The notes under the pieces are model-generated. The model saw only the letters and a program-made list of their open reading frames with translations. It was not told where the DNA came from and did not search any database. Source: an uncultured Eubacteriales bacterium (GTDB lineage: Bacteria; Bacillota_I; Bacilli_A; RFN20; UBA1709). From it: DNA of 24,000 bases. Where the stretch lies: the NCBI GenBank assembly GCA_964631095.1, contig CAZVZF010000004.1, positions 3,840 to 27,839 of the forward strand. Reading direction: 5' to 3'. Numbering within the stretch: the first letter of the stretch is position 1; each line of letters opens with the position of its first letter. The translations under genes and the position numbers were made by a program. This document shows, piece after piece, positions 8,802 through 16,606 of the stretch.

Positions 8802-8863
8802 GACTCTCTTTTCTTTTTCCTATCATCATGTTACACTTGATTTGATAAGGGAGCGATAATGAA

Positions 8864-9661
8864 ATGAATCCAACAAAAAGTGCAGGAGTCCCGAAATTCG
8901 TTCTACACCAAGGGAGCACGGTAAAAAAAGTAATTGCAGTAACAAGTGGTAAAGGTGGGGTGGGTAAGTCTACCGTTACAGCACTTCTGGCATCACATAT
9001 GAAGGCCAAAGGACTTCGGGTGGGGGTTATGGACGCAGATATTACAGGCCCCTCAATTGCAAAACTATTTGGAGTTGAGCAACAGCTTTTTGCCAGTGAA
9101 AATGGATGGGTTCCTCTCGTTAGCAAGACAGGGATTCCTTTTGTTTCTATGAATGCATTACTCGAAGAACCCGATGCACCAGTCTTGTGGAGAGGACCAC
9201 TTCTTGGTGGTATTATTAAACAATTTTGGGGCGAAGTCGAATGGGGGAACTTAGATGTGTTATTTCTTGATATGCCCCCTGGAACGGGAGATGTTGCTTT
9301 GACCGTTTTTCAATCGCTTCCCGTTGCAGGTGTGGTTCTTGTAACTACCCCTCAATCGCTAGTAGATATGATTGTTGGGAAATCGATTCGTATGGTTCAA
9401 GATTTACATTTACCTATTCTGGGGTTGGTCGAAAACATGGCAGCATTCCTATGCCCTGATTGTGGGACAAGTCATCGAATTTTTGGCCCAAGCCACGTGG
9501 AAGAGCTAGCAAAAAAATATTCGATTTCTGCTACGGTCACTTTGCCTTTACAACCGGAATGGACCGCATGGTGCGATTCTGGTGATGTTGAATTTCTGGA
9601 TATTCCGCAAGTAGAAGCATTTGTAGAACAACTTATAGAGGGGTTTTATGAAAATAAGTAA
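8864..9661 (+). CDS. mrp: Mrp/NBP35 family P-loop ATPase (Fe-S cluster carrier)
   Basis: KVIAVTSGKGGVGKSTVTALLASHM, VLWRGPLLGGIIKQFW, VLFLDMPPGTGDVALT, GLVENMAAFLCPDCG (CxxC). Confidence 0.92.
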   Translation: MNPTKSAGVPKFVLHQGSTVKKVIAVTSGKGGVGKSTVTALLASHMKAKGLRVGVMDADITGPSIAKLFGVEQQLFASENGWVPLVSKTGIPFVSMNALLEEPDAPVLWRGPLLGGIIKQFWGEVEWGNLDVLFLDMPPGTGDVALTVFQSLPVAGVVLVTTPQSLVDMIVGKSIRMVQDLHLPILGLVENMAAFLCPDCGTSHRIFGPSHVEELAKKYSISATVTLPLQPEWTAWCDSGDVEFLDIPQVEAFVEQLIEGFYENK

Positions 9662-9709
9662 AATGAAATTTGTTTTGATTATTCAAGAAATATTATTGTT
9701 TGCCACCCA

Positions 9710-9738
9710 AAAAAGAAGAGCTCGACTCTTCTTTTTTT
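9710..9738. terminator. Bidirectional-type intrinsic terminator AAAAAGAAGAG-CTCGA-CTCTTCTTTTTTT
   Basis: Inverted repeat with A-tract 5' and T-tract 3', about 50 nt after the mrp stop. Confidence 0.75.
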
Positions 9739-9765
9739 AACCTATATCCAGTATAATATAAATAC

Positions 9766-9793
9766 ATTGTGATTGCTGTTGCAACCACACAAT
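9766..9793 (+). promoter_or_regulatory. Hairpin ATTGTG-a-TTGC-TGTT-GCAA-cca-CACAAT between a TATAAT box (9752-9757) and the leucine dehydrogenase SD
   Basis: Two nested perfect stems read directly; expected TSS is just upstream of the hairpin. Confidence 0.5.
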
Positions 9794-9806
9794 AACGGAG
9801 GATCAT

Positions 9807-10877
9807 ATGAAAATATTCGAATACATGGAACGTCACGGATACGAACAACTGATTCATTTTTATGACAAAACAACCGGTCTAAAAGGGATTACTTGCATTC
9901 ATGACACCACACTCGGTCCAGCATTAGGCGGGACCCGTCTTTGGTTGTACGAAAATGAAGAAGCCGCTGAAACAGATGCATTGCGTTTGGCCCGTGGAAT
10001 GACTTACAAAAACGCTGCCGCAGGGCTTAACCTTGGAGGCGGAAAGACGGTTTTGATTGGTGATGCCAGCAAAGTGAAAAGTGAGGCATATTTTAGAGCC
10101 TTAGGCCGCTATGTTCAAAGTTTAAACGGTCGATACATTACGGCGGAAGATGTCAATACATCAACACGCGATATGGAATATGTCCATATGGAGACCAATT
10201 TTGTAGTTGGCTTGGAAGGTAAATCAGGCAATCCATCGCCAATGACCGCTTTAGGGGCGTTTTATGGAGTAAAGGCTTCTTTACAAGCCAAATTTGGCCA
10301 TCAAGATTTTTCGAAATTATCCTTTGCAGTGCAAGGAGCAGGTCAAACGGGTTACTATCTTATCAAACATCTTGTTGCAGCAAAAGCAAAGAAAATTTAT
10401 TTTTCAGAAATAAATCCTTCTCACATTGAGCGAATGAAGCGAGAACATCCCGAGGTGGAGTTTGTTGCCCCGGATGCCTATTTTGGTTTGGATGTTGATG
10501 TATTGTCTCCTTGTGCATTGGGGGCAGTTTTAAATGACAAAACCATTCCTATGATTCGTGCAAAAGTAATTGCCGGCACAGCAAATAATGTTCTTGATGA
10601 TGAAGATAAGCATGGGAAGATGTTGGTTGACCTTGGCATTCTCTATGCTCCTGACTTTGTCATCAATGCCGGAGGAGTAATCAATGTTTACCATGAGCTT
10701 CATGGTTATAATCGCGCAGCTGTTGAGTATGACATTGCTAAAATTGCAGATCGACTCACCGAAATCTTTGCTATTGCTGCGAAAGAAAACATTCCAACTC
10801 AAGAGGCAGCGAAAATGTTTGCTCGCCAAAGAATGGCAGCGATTGCTGGCATCCATGCCAATTACATTCCTAAATAA
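9807..10877 (+). CDS. bcd: Leucine dehydrogenase (Glu/Leu/Phe/Val dehydrogenase family)
   Basis: LKGITCIHDTTLGPALGGTRLW, MTYKNAAAGLNLGGGKTVLIGD, GAGQTGYYLIKHL, PCALGAVLND; length 356 aa. Confidence 0.88.
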   Translation: MKIFEYMERHGYEQLIHFYDKTTGLKGITCIHDTTLGPALGGTRLWLYENEEAAETDALRLARGMTYKNAAAGLNLGGGKTVLIGDASKVKSEAYFRALGRYVQSLNGRYITAEDVNTSTRDMEYVHMETNFVVGLEGKSGNPSPMTALGAFYGVKASLQAKFGHQDFSKLSFAVQGAGQTGYYLIKHLVAAKAKKIYFSEINPSHIERMKREHPEVEFVAPDAYFGLDVDVLSPCALGAVLNDKTIPMIRAKVIAGTANNVLDDEDKHGKMLVDLGILYAPDFVINAGGVINVYHELHGYNRAAVEYDIAKIADRLTEIFAIAAKENIPTQEAAKMFARQRMAAIAGIHANYIPK

Positions 10878-10882
10878 TCATA

Positions 10883-11551
10883 ATGAACAATTCCCCCCTT
10901 CGTCGTATATGTGTCATTGCTGGGCACTATGGTAGTGGCAAATCGGAGTTTGCAGTCAACTTGGCGATTCATTATCCAGTTGATCTTTTAATTGACCTTG
11001 ATATCGTGAATCCCTATTTTCGTTCTCGTGAAATGACGGACATGCTTTTGAAGTTAGGAATTGAAACCATTGGTTCAACATTGAAGCAAGCACTTGGTAG
11101 TGATTTGCCCTATGTGTCACCAGCAGCATTTCGCCCCTTTTTGGACACTTCTGTTCGAGCAATCATTGATCTTGGTGGAGATCCTGTCGGAGCTCGCTTA
11201 CTGCGGCAGTTTGAAGCGATGGCTTCGAACCAAGATGCGGACTATCTCATGATTGTCAATGGGTATCGTGAAAAAACAAATACTTCAAGTGGCATCATCC
11301 AAATGATTCATAAAATTGAAGAAAGTGCTGGGATAACGATTACTGGGTTAGTCAATAATACCAATCAACTTCGAGCAACAACATGGGATGACTTGTTATA
11401 TGGCGAAACTCTACTCAAAGAAGTAGCTCAACAATTGAACATTCCCATCCGATTTCATTCATTCCCAACGACAATTATAGGTGATAAACCAATATTGCTA
11501 GGAGAACCGCTTGAACTGAAGTTATACTTACGCCAATCTTGGCTGTCTTAA
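10883..11551 (+). CDS. Uncharacterised P-loop ATP/GTP-binding protein embedded in the Vor-type operon
   Basis: Walker A-like GHYGSGKSE, LLIDLDIVNPYFRSREMTD, AIIDLGGDPVGA, VNNTN; 6 bp after the bcd stop and 12 bp before the ferredoxin gene. Confidence 0.75.
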   Translation: MNNSPLRRICVIAGHYGSGKSEFAVNLAIHYPVDLLIDLDIVNPYFRSREMTDMLLKLGIETIGSTLKQALGSDLPYVSPAAFRPFLDTSVRAIIDLGGDPVGARLLRQFEAMASNQDADYLMIVNGYREKTNTSSGIIQMIHKIEESAGITITGLVNNTNQLRATTWDDLLYGETLLKEVAQQLNIPIRFHSFPTTIIGDKPILLGEPLELKLYLRQSWLS

Positions 11552-11563
11552 AGGAGGAATACA

Positions 11564-11800
11564 ATGCCAAAAGGAACTGTAAAATTCGCCCAAGAATACT
11601 GCAAAGGTTGTTATTTATGTGTAGCGTTCTGTCCCGTAAAGATTTTGAAGCCTGCCCCTAGTCGGCTTAATGCCAAAGGCTATCCATTGGTGGACGTGAT
11701 TACCCCTGAACGTTGCATTGGCTGTGGCTTTTGTGCTTTGATGTGTCCGGATGCTGTTATTACTGTCACAAAAGAAGTGGAGGAGCCTAAGCATGAGTAA
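11564..11800 (+). CDS. vorD: 2x[4Fe-4S] ferredoxin-type subunit (delta) of 2-oxoacid:ferredoxin oxidoreductase
   Basis: CKGCYLCVAFCP and CIGCGFCALMCP; first gene of a four-subunit cluster. Confidence 0.8.
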   Translation: MPKGTVKFAQEYCKGCYLCVAFCPVKILKPAPSRLNAKGYPLVDVITPERCIGCGFCALMCPDAVITVTKEVEEPKHE

Positions 11801-12863
11801 ACTATTAATGAAGGGGAATGAAGCCATTGCTCGAGCTGCCATTCTTGGTGGTTGTGAAGCATTCTTTGGTTATCCAATTACTCCCCAAAATGAAATTCCA
11901 GAATACTTATCCGAGGCAATGCCTGCAGCTGGTAGAATTTTTCTGCAAGCAGAATCTGAAGTCGCCTCCATCAATATGGTTTATGGCGCTGCTGGTGCGG
12001 GTTTTCGTGTGATGACCTCCTCTTCATCACCAGGAATTGCCCTGATGCAAGAAGGAATCAGTTATATCGCTGGTGCTGAATTACCATGCGTGTTGGTGAA
12101 TGTGATGCGTGGTGGACCAGGTTTGGGTGGGATTCAACCTTCCCAAGCGGATTATAAACAAATAACCCGAGGAGGCGGAAATGGCGATTATCGTGTTCTT
12201 GCCTATGCTCCAGAAAATTTGCAGGAAACCGTAGATATCTTAAAAGAAGCGTTTGATATTGCCGATACCTATCGCAATCCAGTCATGATTGCAGTGGATG
12301 GTTTGATTGGTCAAATGATGGAATCGGTTGACTTGGATCGCCCGGTGCCTCATCGTCCTCAAGTGCGTAAACCTTGGGCAACAACCGGACGCGGAAGAGG
12401 GAAGCAACGCAACATTATTAATTCTCTCTACCTAGATCCTAGTGAACTTGAAAGACACAATCTCTCAATTGCTGAGAAATACAAGATGATCAAAGAAAAA
12501 GAAGTTCGTTACGAAGCGTATCAACTTGAAGATGCAGATTATGTTATTGTTGCGTATGGAACGATGGCTCGTATTTGTCGCTCAGCTATTGAAATTTTAG
12601 CCGAAGCAAATATCCGAGTTGGTTTGCTACGCCCTATTACATTGTGGCCATTTCCAAACCAAGCATTTCAAGCCATTTCTCCCAAAACCAAAGGTATTTT
12701 ATGCGCAGAGTTAAGTCTTGGACAAATGATCGATGATGTTCGTATTGCGGTAGAAGGGTCCTTCCCAATTGCTTTTTTCGGCCGAGCGGGAGGCATGATG
12801 CCTGAACCAAATGAGATTGTAGAAGCCATTCTCCACTTTCCCAAAGGAGGCGATGCTCGATGA
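11793..12863 (+). CDS. vorB: 3-methyl-2-oxobutanoate (2-oxoacid):ferredoxin oxidoreductase, subunit VorB (alpha)
   Basis: MKGNEAIARAAILGGCEAFFGYPITPQNEIPEYLSE...MRGGPGLGGIQPSQADYKQ. Start re-called to ATG 11793 (SD GGAGG); the track start at 11751 lies inside vorD. Confidence 0.88.
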   Translation: MSKLLMKGNEAIARAAILGGCEAFFGYPITPQNEIPEYLSEAMPAAGRIFLQAESEVASINMVYGAAGAGFRVMTSSSSPGIALMQEGISYIAGAELPCVLVNVMRGGPGLGGIQPSQADYKQITRGGGNGDYRVLAYAPENLQETVDILKEAFDIADTYRNPVMIAVDGLIGQMMESVDLDRPVPHRPQVRKPWATTGRGRGKQRNIINSLYLDPSELERHNLSIAEKYKMIKEKEVRYEAYQLEDADYVIVAYGTMARICRSAIEILAEANIRVGLLRPITLWPFPNQAFQAISPKTKGILCAELSLGQMIDDVRIAVEGSFPIAFFGRAGGMMPEPNEIVEAILHFPKGGDAR

Positions 12864-13618
12864 GTCAGCAATTTGTACAAGGTCGATCCGAAGGATTAAC
12901 AAATGTTTCATTCTCGTATTGCCCAGGATGCACCCATGGAATTATCCATAAATTAGTTGCCGAATCGTTGGAAGAATTGGGGATGCTAGGTAATGCGATT
13001 GGTATGGCGAGTGTAGGCTGTTCTGTGATGTCTTATAATTTTTTCGACTGTGATATGCAACAAACTGCACATGGACGGGCATGTGCGGTAGCGACAGGAA
13101 TCAAACGTTGTTTACCCGACCGAATTGTCTTTTCTTATCAAGGAGATGGAGATTTTGCTGCCATAGGGATTGGCGAAGGAATTCATGCAGCTCAACGAGC
13201 AGAAAATATTACTGTATTTTTTGTTAATAATGCGATTTATGGTATGACTGGTGGTCAAATGGCACCAACCACATTAATTGGGCAAAAAACAACCACCTCT
13301 CCACAAGGAAGAAATGCGGTCCGTCAAGGACTTCCGATGAAAGTTTGTGAGATGTTTGCTACTATCGAAGGAGCGGCTTATGTAGAACGCGTTTCATTAC
13401 ATGATCCACGAGCGGTGATGAACGCCAAACGCGCAATCAAAAAGGCCCTCACCTATCAACGTGATGGAAAGGGATTTACCTTGATAGAATTTTTATCGAC
13501 CTGTCCAATTAACTGGGGAATGACTCCCTTGGATGCGTTACAATGGACCAAAACAACAATGGCACAACACTATCCTCTTGGAGTATTTGCGGACCGAGGA
13601 GGAACTTCGAATGAGTAA
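12860..13618 (+). CDS. 2-oxoacid:ferredoxin oxidoreductase, thiamine-pyrophosphate-binding (beta) subunit
   Basis: YCPGCTHGIIHKLV, GCSVMSYNFFD, HGRACAVATGIKR, YQGDGDFAAIGIGE, NNAIYGMTGGQMAPTT. Confidence 0.88.
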   Translation: MSQQFVQGRSEGLTNVSFSYCPGCTHGIIHKLVAESLEELGMLGNAIGMASVGCSVMSYNFFDCDMQQTAHGRACAVATGIKRCLPDRIVFSYQGDGDFAAIGIGEGIHAAQRAENITVFFVNNAIYGMTGGQMAPTTLIGQKTTTSPQGRNAVRQGLPMKVCEMFATIEGAAYVERVSLHDPRAVMNAKRAIKKALTYQRDGKGFTLIEFLSTCPINWGMTPLDALQWTKTTMAQHYPLGVFADRGGTSNE

Positions 13619-14165
13619 GAACGCCAGAATTATAGTATCGGGATTTGGTGGTCAAGGTGTGATGATGGTTGGCCAGGTGTTAGCATATGCTGGCGTGGAA
13701 GCTGGCCTAAACTCGTTGTGGTATCCTTCTTATGGCCCTGAGACTAGAGGGGGTACGGCACATTGTGCAGTATCATTATCTGCCCAAGCTATCGGATCAC
13801 CTGTTTTTTCAACGGCAACCGCAGCCTTGATTTTCAATCGACCTTCCTTAGAGAAGTTTGCGAGTAAGATAGATGCGAACGGCGTTTTGTTTTTCAATTC
13901 CTCACTTATTACCGATGCCAAAAACATATCCTGTCAAGGGGAAAAAATTGGTGTACCAATTTATGAAATGGCGGCCAATTTGCAGGATCCAAGAGTAGCT
14001 AATATGATTCTTTTGGGGGTCTATTTGGAACAATCAAAAATCCTCGAGGATTCGATGATTCGAATTGGTATTGAACATGTGCTCGGACCGGCCAAACAAC
14101 ATCTTGTTGACTTGAATATGAAAGCCGTTCAAATGGGGCGAGATTTTTTTAGAAATCTCCTTTAA
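13611..14165 (+). CDS. 2-oxoacid:ferredoxin oxidoreductase, gamma subunit
   Basis: IIVSGFGGQGVMMVGQVLAYAG...YGPETRGGTAHCAVSLS. Start re-called to ATG 13611, 8-nt overlap with the beta subunit gene. Confidence 0.87.
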   Translation: MSKNARIIVSGFGGQGVMMVGQVLAYAGVEAGLNSLWYPSYGPETRGGTAHCAVSLSAQAIGSPVFSTATAALIFNRPSLEKFASKIDANGVLFFNSSLITDAKNISCQGEKIGVPIYEMAANLQDPRVANMILLGVYLEQSKILEDSMIRIGIEHVLGPAKQHLVDLNMKAVQMGRDFFRNLL

Positions 14166-14514
14166 CAGCAATCGCATCAATTTCAATTCGAGCATTTTTT
14201 GGAAGTCCAGTAACCCCTATCGCAGTACGGGTAGGTTTTGGGTCAGAAAAGAACGATTCATATGCATGGTTCATTGCAGGAAAATCGTTAAAATCAACTA
14301 AATATACCGTACATTTTACTACATCACTTCTTGAAAAGCCCGCAGCTTGTAGTAACCGATCAATTTGCAATAGGACGCCTTCTGTCTCAAGACTAATGGA
14401 ACCATTTCTTGCTTCATCCGGCGCGATTTGTCCAGAAAGATATAATGTTGGCCCGAGTTGTAGTGCGGGAGAATAAGGACCTAATGGAGTAGTCAATGCA
14501 ATTGTTTTTTTCAT
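14149..14514 (-). CDS. RidA family (reactive intermediate/imine deaminase)
   Basis: GPYSPALQLGPTLYLSGQIAPD...VVKCTVYLVDFNDFPAMNHAYESFF...PTRTAIGVTGLPKNARIEIDAIA. SD AAAGGAA upstream on the minus strand. Confidence 0.9.
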   Translation of the reverse strand: MKKTIALTTPLGPYSPALQLGPTLYLSGQIAPDEARNGSISLETEGVLLQIDRLLQAAGFSRSDVVKCTVYLVDFNDFPAMNHAYESFFSDPKPTRTAIGVTGLPKNARIEIDAIAVKGDF

Positions 14515-14597
14515 AAATGAATTTCCTTTCTTGATAGTTTCATCATAGAAGAGAAATTTTCATTAGGCAAGTGATGTTTATTGAAAGGAGAATAGAT

Positions 14598-15095
14598 GTG
14601 AAAGAATTAATTTTGGCAGGAGGATGTTTTTGGGGAGTAGAAGCATATTACCAACTTCTTCAAGGTATCGTAGACACCGAGGTAGGGTATACCGATGGTC
14701 CAACTATTGCGCCGACTTACGAAGAAGTTTGCGCAAATTCTGGACATGTTGAAGCTTGTTGGATTCGGTATGACGAGAGCATTCTTTCGCTCGCTCAAAT
14801 CTTAAATCATTTCTTTCGCATTATTGATCCAACTGCAAAAAATCGTCAAGCTCATGATATTGGTGTTCAGTATCGAACCGCTATCTTTTACCTCGATCCA
14901 TTGGATGCCCCAATCATTGAGCAGTTTATAGAGGAACAACAAGCCAATTATGCAAAACCGATTCAAACATACATTAAACCTGCACCGCCTTTTTTTGTGG
15001 CTGAGGAATATCATCAAGATTATCTGAAAAAGAATCCTAATGGCTACTGTCATGTGAATCTTGGACTTATAAGAGAAGAGGAGCGTCGCTCATGA
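14598..15095 (+). CDS. msrA: Peptide-methionine (S)-S-oxide reductase MsrA
   Basis: LAGGCFWGVEAYYQ...GYTDGPTIAPTYEEVCANSGHVEACWIRYD...AEEYHQDYL. SD AAGGAG places the start at GTG 14598 rather than 14571. Confidence 0.9.
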   Translation: MKELILAGGCFWGVEAYYQLLQGIVDTEVGYTDGPTIAPTYEEVCANSGHVEACWIRYDESILSLAQILNHFFRIIDPTAKNRQAHDIGVQYRTAIFYLDPLDAPIIEQFIEEQQANYAKPIQTYIKPAPPFFVAEEYHQDYLKKNPNGYCHVNLGLIREEERRS

Positions 15096-15103
15096 GCATA
15101 TAA

Positions 15104-15133
15104 TTGGCCAAGAGAAAATGACCTTGATATAAT
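15104..15133 (+). promoter_or_regulatory. Possible promoter TTGGCC-18-TATAAT for namA
   Basis: TTGGCC 15104-15109, TATAAT 15128-15133. Confidence 0.4.
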
Positions 15134-15172
15134 AATAGTACGAAATCAAACTAATATAGGAGGTTTGTGACA

Positions 15173-16192
15173 ATGGCTAAACTTTTTGAACCGTATCAAA
15201 TAAAAAATCTTTCTTTTAAAAATCGTATCGTTATGCCACCTATGTGCATGTATTCAGCCAAAGATGATGGGATTCTTACTCCATTTCATTTTGCTCATTA
15301 TGCCGCTCGCATCATTGGTGGCGTTGGGACAATTATTTTGGAATCGACTGGAGTTACTCCAAATGGTCGAATTACTAACAATGATCTTGGCTTATGGTCG
15401 GATGATCATGTTTCTGGATTGAAAAGCATCGTCGACTTTGGACACGAACATGGTGCTGTGATGGGGATTCAATTGAATCACGCAGGACGTCGTAGCCGGG
15501 TAGTTGGGGTTCAAGCTGTCGCTCCTACCACAGAGGCCTTTGCCGATATTCCTGCTCCTCGGATGATTACAAAAGAGGAAATAAAAATGTTGCCAGGGCT
15601 GTTTCGAGCTGCTGCAAAACGTGCATTAACTGCAGGATTTGATTTTATTGAAATTCATGCGGCTCACGGCTATTTGCTTGATGAGTTCTTATCACCACTA
15701 GGGAACAAACGAACCGATGAATATGGTGGCAGTGAAGACAATCGCTTGCGGCTAATCAAAGAAATTGCAATCGCAATTCGAGAAGTATGGCCCAAAGAAA
15801 AAATGCTTCAAATCCGGGTATCTGCTGAGGATTACGCCGAAGGCGGATTGCATCAAGAAGATCTTGCTAGCATAATAAATAAAATTAAAGATGTTGGAAT
15901 TGACATGGTTAACGTCAGTTCTGGAGGGGTCGCCGTTGTACGGGTTAATGATTATCCAGGCTATCAAGTTGGATATGCTCAACATATTCGAGCAAAAACA
16001 GGGTTGCCAGTTATTGCAGGAGGATTGATTGAAGACCCTCTAATGGCTGAAGCTTTCTTGAAAAGTGGACACGCTGATTTTATTTACTTTGGACGTGAAT
16101 TGTTGAGAAATCCTCAATACCCTCTTGAAGCTGCCCGCGTCTTACAAGCAGACATTCCATGGCCCGTTCAATATGAACGTGCGAAACGCTAA
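15173..16192 (+). CDS. namA: NADPH dehydrogenase NamA / Old Yellow Enzyme family
   Basis: LFEPYQIKNLSFKNRIVMPPMCMYSA...HAARIIGGVGTIILESTGVTPNGR...DFIEIHAAHGYLLDEFLSP...NKRTDEYGG. SD AGGAGG fits ATG 15173. Confidence 0.9.
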   Translation: MAKLFEPYQIKNLSFKNRIVMPPMCMYSAKDDGILTPFHFAHYAARIIGGVGTIILESTGVTPNGRITNNDLGLWSDDHVSGLKSIVDFGHEHGAVMGIQLNHAGRRSRVVGVQAVAPTTEAFADIPAPRMITKEEIKMLPGLFRAAAKRALTAGFDFIEIHAAHGYLLDEFLSPLGNKRTDEYGGSEDNRLRLIKEIAIAIREVWPKEKMLQIRVSAEDYAEGGLHQEDLASIINKIKDVGIDMVNVSSGGVAVVRVNDYPGYQVGYAQHIRAKTGLPVIAGGLIEDPLMAEAFLKSGHADFIYFGRELLRNPQYPLEAARVLQADIPWPVQYERAKR

Positions 16193-16214
16193 ATAGTGTT
16201 GGAAAGGAGCCTTT

Positions 16215-16499
16215 ATGAAACGAATCAAAGAAGGACTAAACAAGTTTTACATTGGTGATGAGCATGAGCCTCAAGCAGAGGTGACATTTGTTCCTACGGG
16301 AGACAAAATTATTATTCTCGATCATACCTATGTATCACCCGAACTTGAGGGACAAGGAATCGCGGCTCAGTTGGTCGAAGCGGTAGTAAAATATGCTCGC
16401 CGAACCGGCAAGAAGATCATTCCTACTTGTTCCTATGCAGTTGCGGCTTTTCAACGAAAAGCAGAGTATCAGGACGTTGAATATATCGCTGAGGATTAA
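16215..16499 (+). CDS. Small GNAT-type N-acetyltransferase (YjdJ/NATD1-like)
   Basis: HTYVSPELEGQGIAAQLVEAVVKYARRTGKKIIPTCSYAVAAFQRK; 94 aa. Confidence 0.85.
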   Translation: MKRIKEGLNKFYIGDEHEPQAEVTFVPTGDKIIILDHTYVSPELEGQGIAAQLVEAVVKYARRTGKKIIPTCSYAVAAFQRKAEYQDVEYIAED

Positions 16500-16507
16500 G
16501 TGAAGAA

Positions 16508-16533
16508 CGAGTGGCGGGATTGCCACTTGTTTT
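16508..16533 (+). terminator. Probable weak intrinsic terminator CGAGTGGC-GGGATT-GCCACTTG + TTTT
   Basis: 8-bp stem (one G-U) plus a short T-run, directly after the GNAT stop. Confidence 0.5.
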
Positions 16534-16550
16534 CATTATCAAAATGCATT

Positions 16551-16578
16551 TTGATATTTGATTGAGGTTGGCTATGAT
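16551..16578 (+). promoter_or_regulatory. Possible promoter TTGATA-16-TATGAT
   Basis: TTGATA 16551-16556, TATGAT 16573-16578, upstream of the 16607 gene. Confidence 0.45.
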
Positions 16579-16606
16579 AAAATAAAGATAAAAAGGAGAA
16601 TGTTTT

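Noticed and set aside
8616-8840. 74-aa + strand ORF in the track
   Set aside because: It reads straight through the structured region and the GC-rich terminator plus T-tract (8777-8801); composition and location fit non-coding RNA, not protein.
8785-9126. 113-aa minus-strand ORF overlapping the mrp 5' end
   Set aside because: Antisense to the Walker A region of Mrp; a typical shadow ORF.
10530-10856. 108-aa minus-strand ORF inside bcd
   Set aside because: Shadow ORF opposite conserved leucine dehydrogenase sequence, with no recognisable motif.
11751-11792. Upstream extension of vorB given in the ORF track (MLLLLSQKKWRSLS)
   Set aside because: It lies within vorD coding sequence; the SD GGAGG precedes ATG 11793, where homology begins.
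13533-13610. 26-aa N-terminal extension of the gamma subunit in the track
   Set aside because: It is out-of-frame overlap with the conserved beta subunit end; ATG 13611 starts the conserved IIVSGFGGQG motif region.
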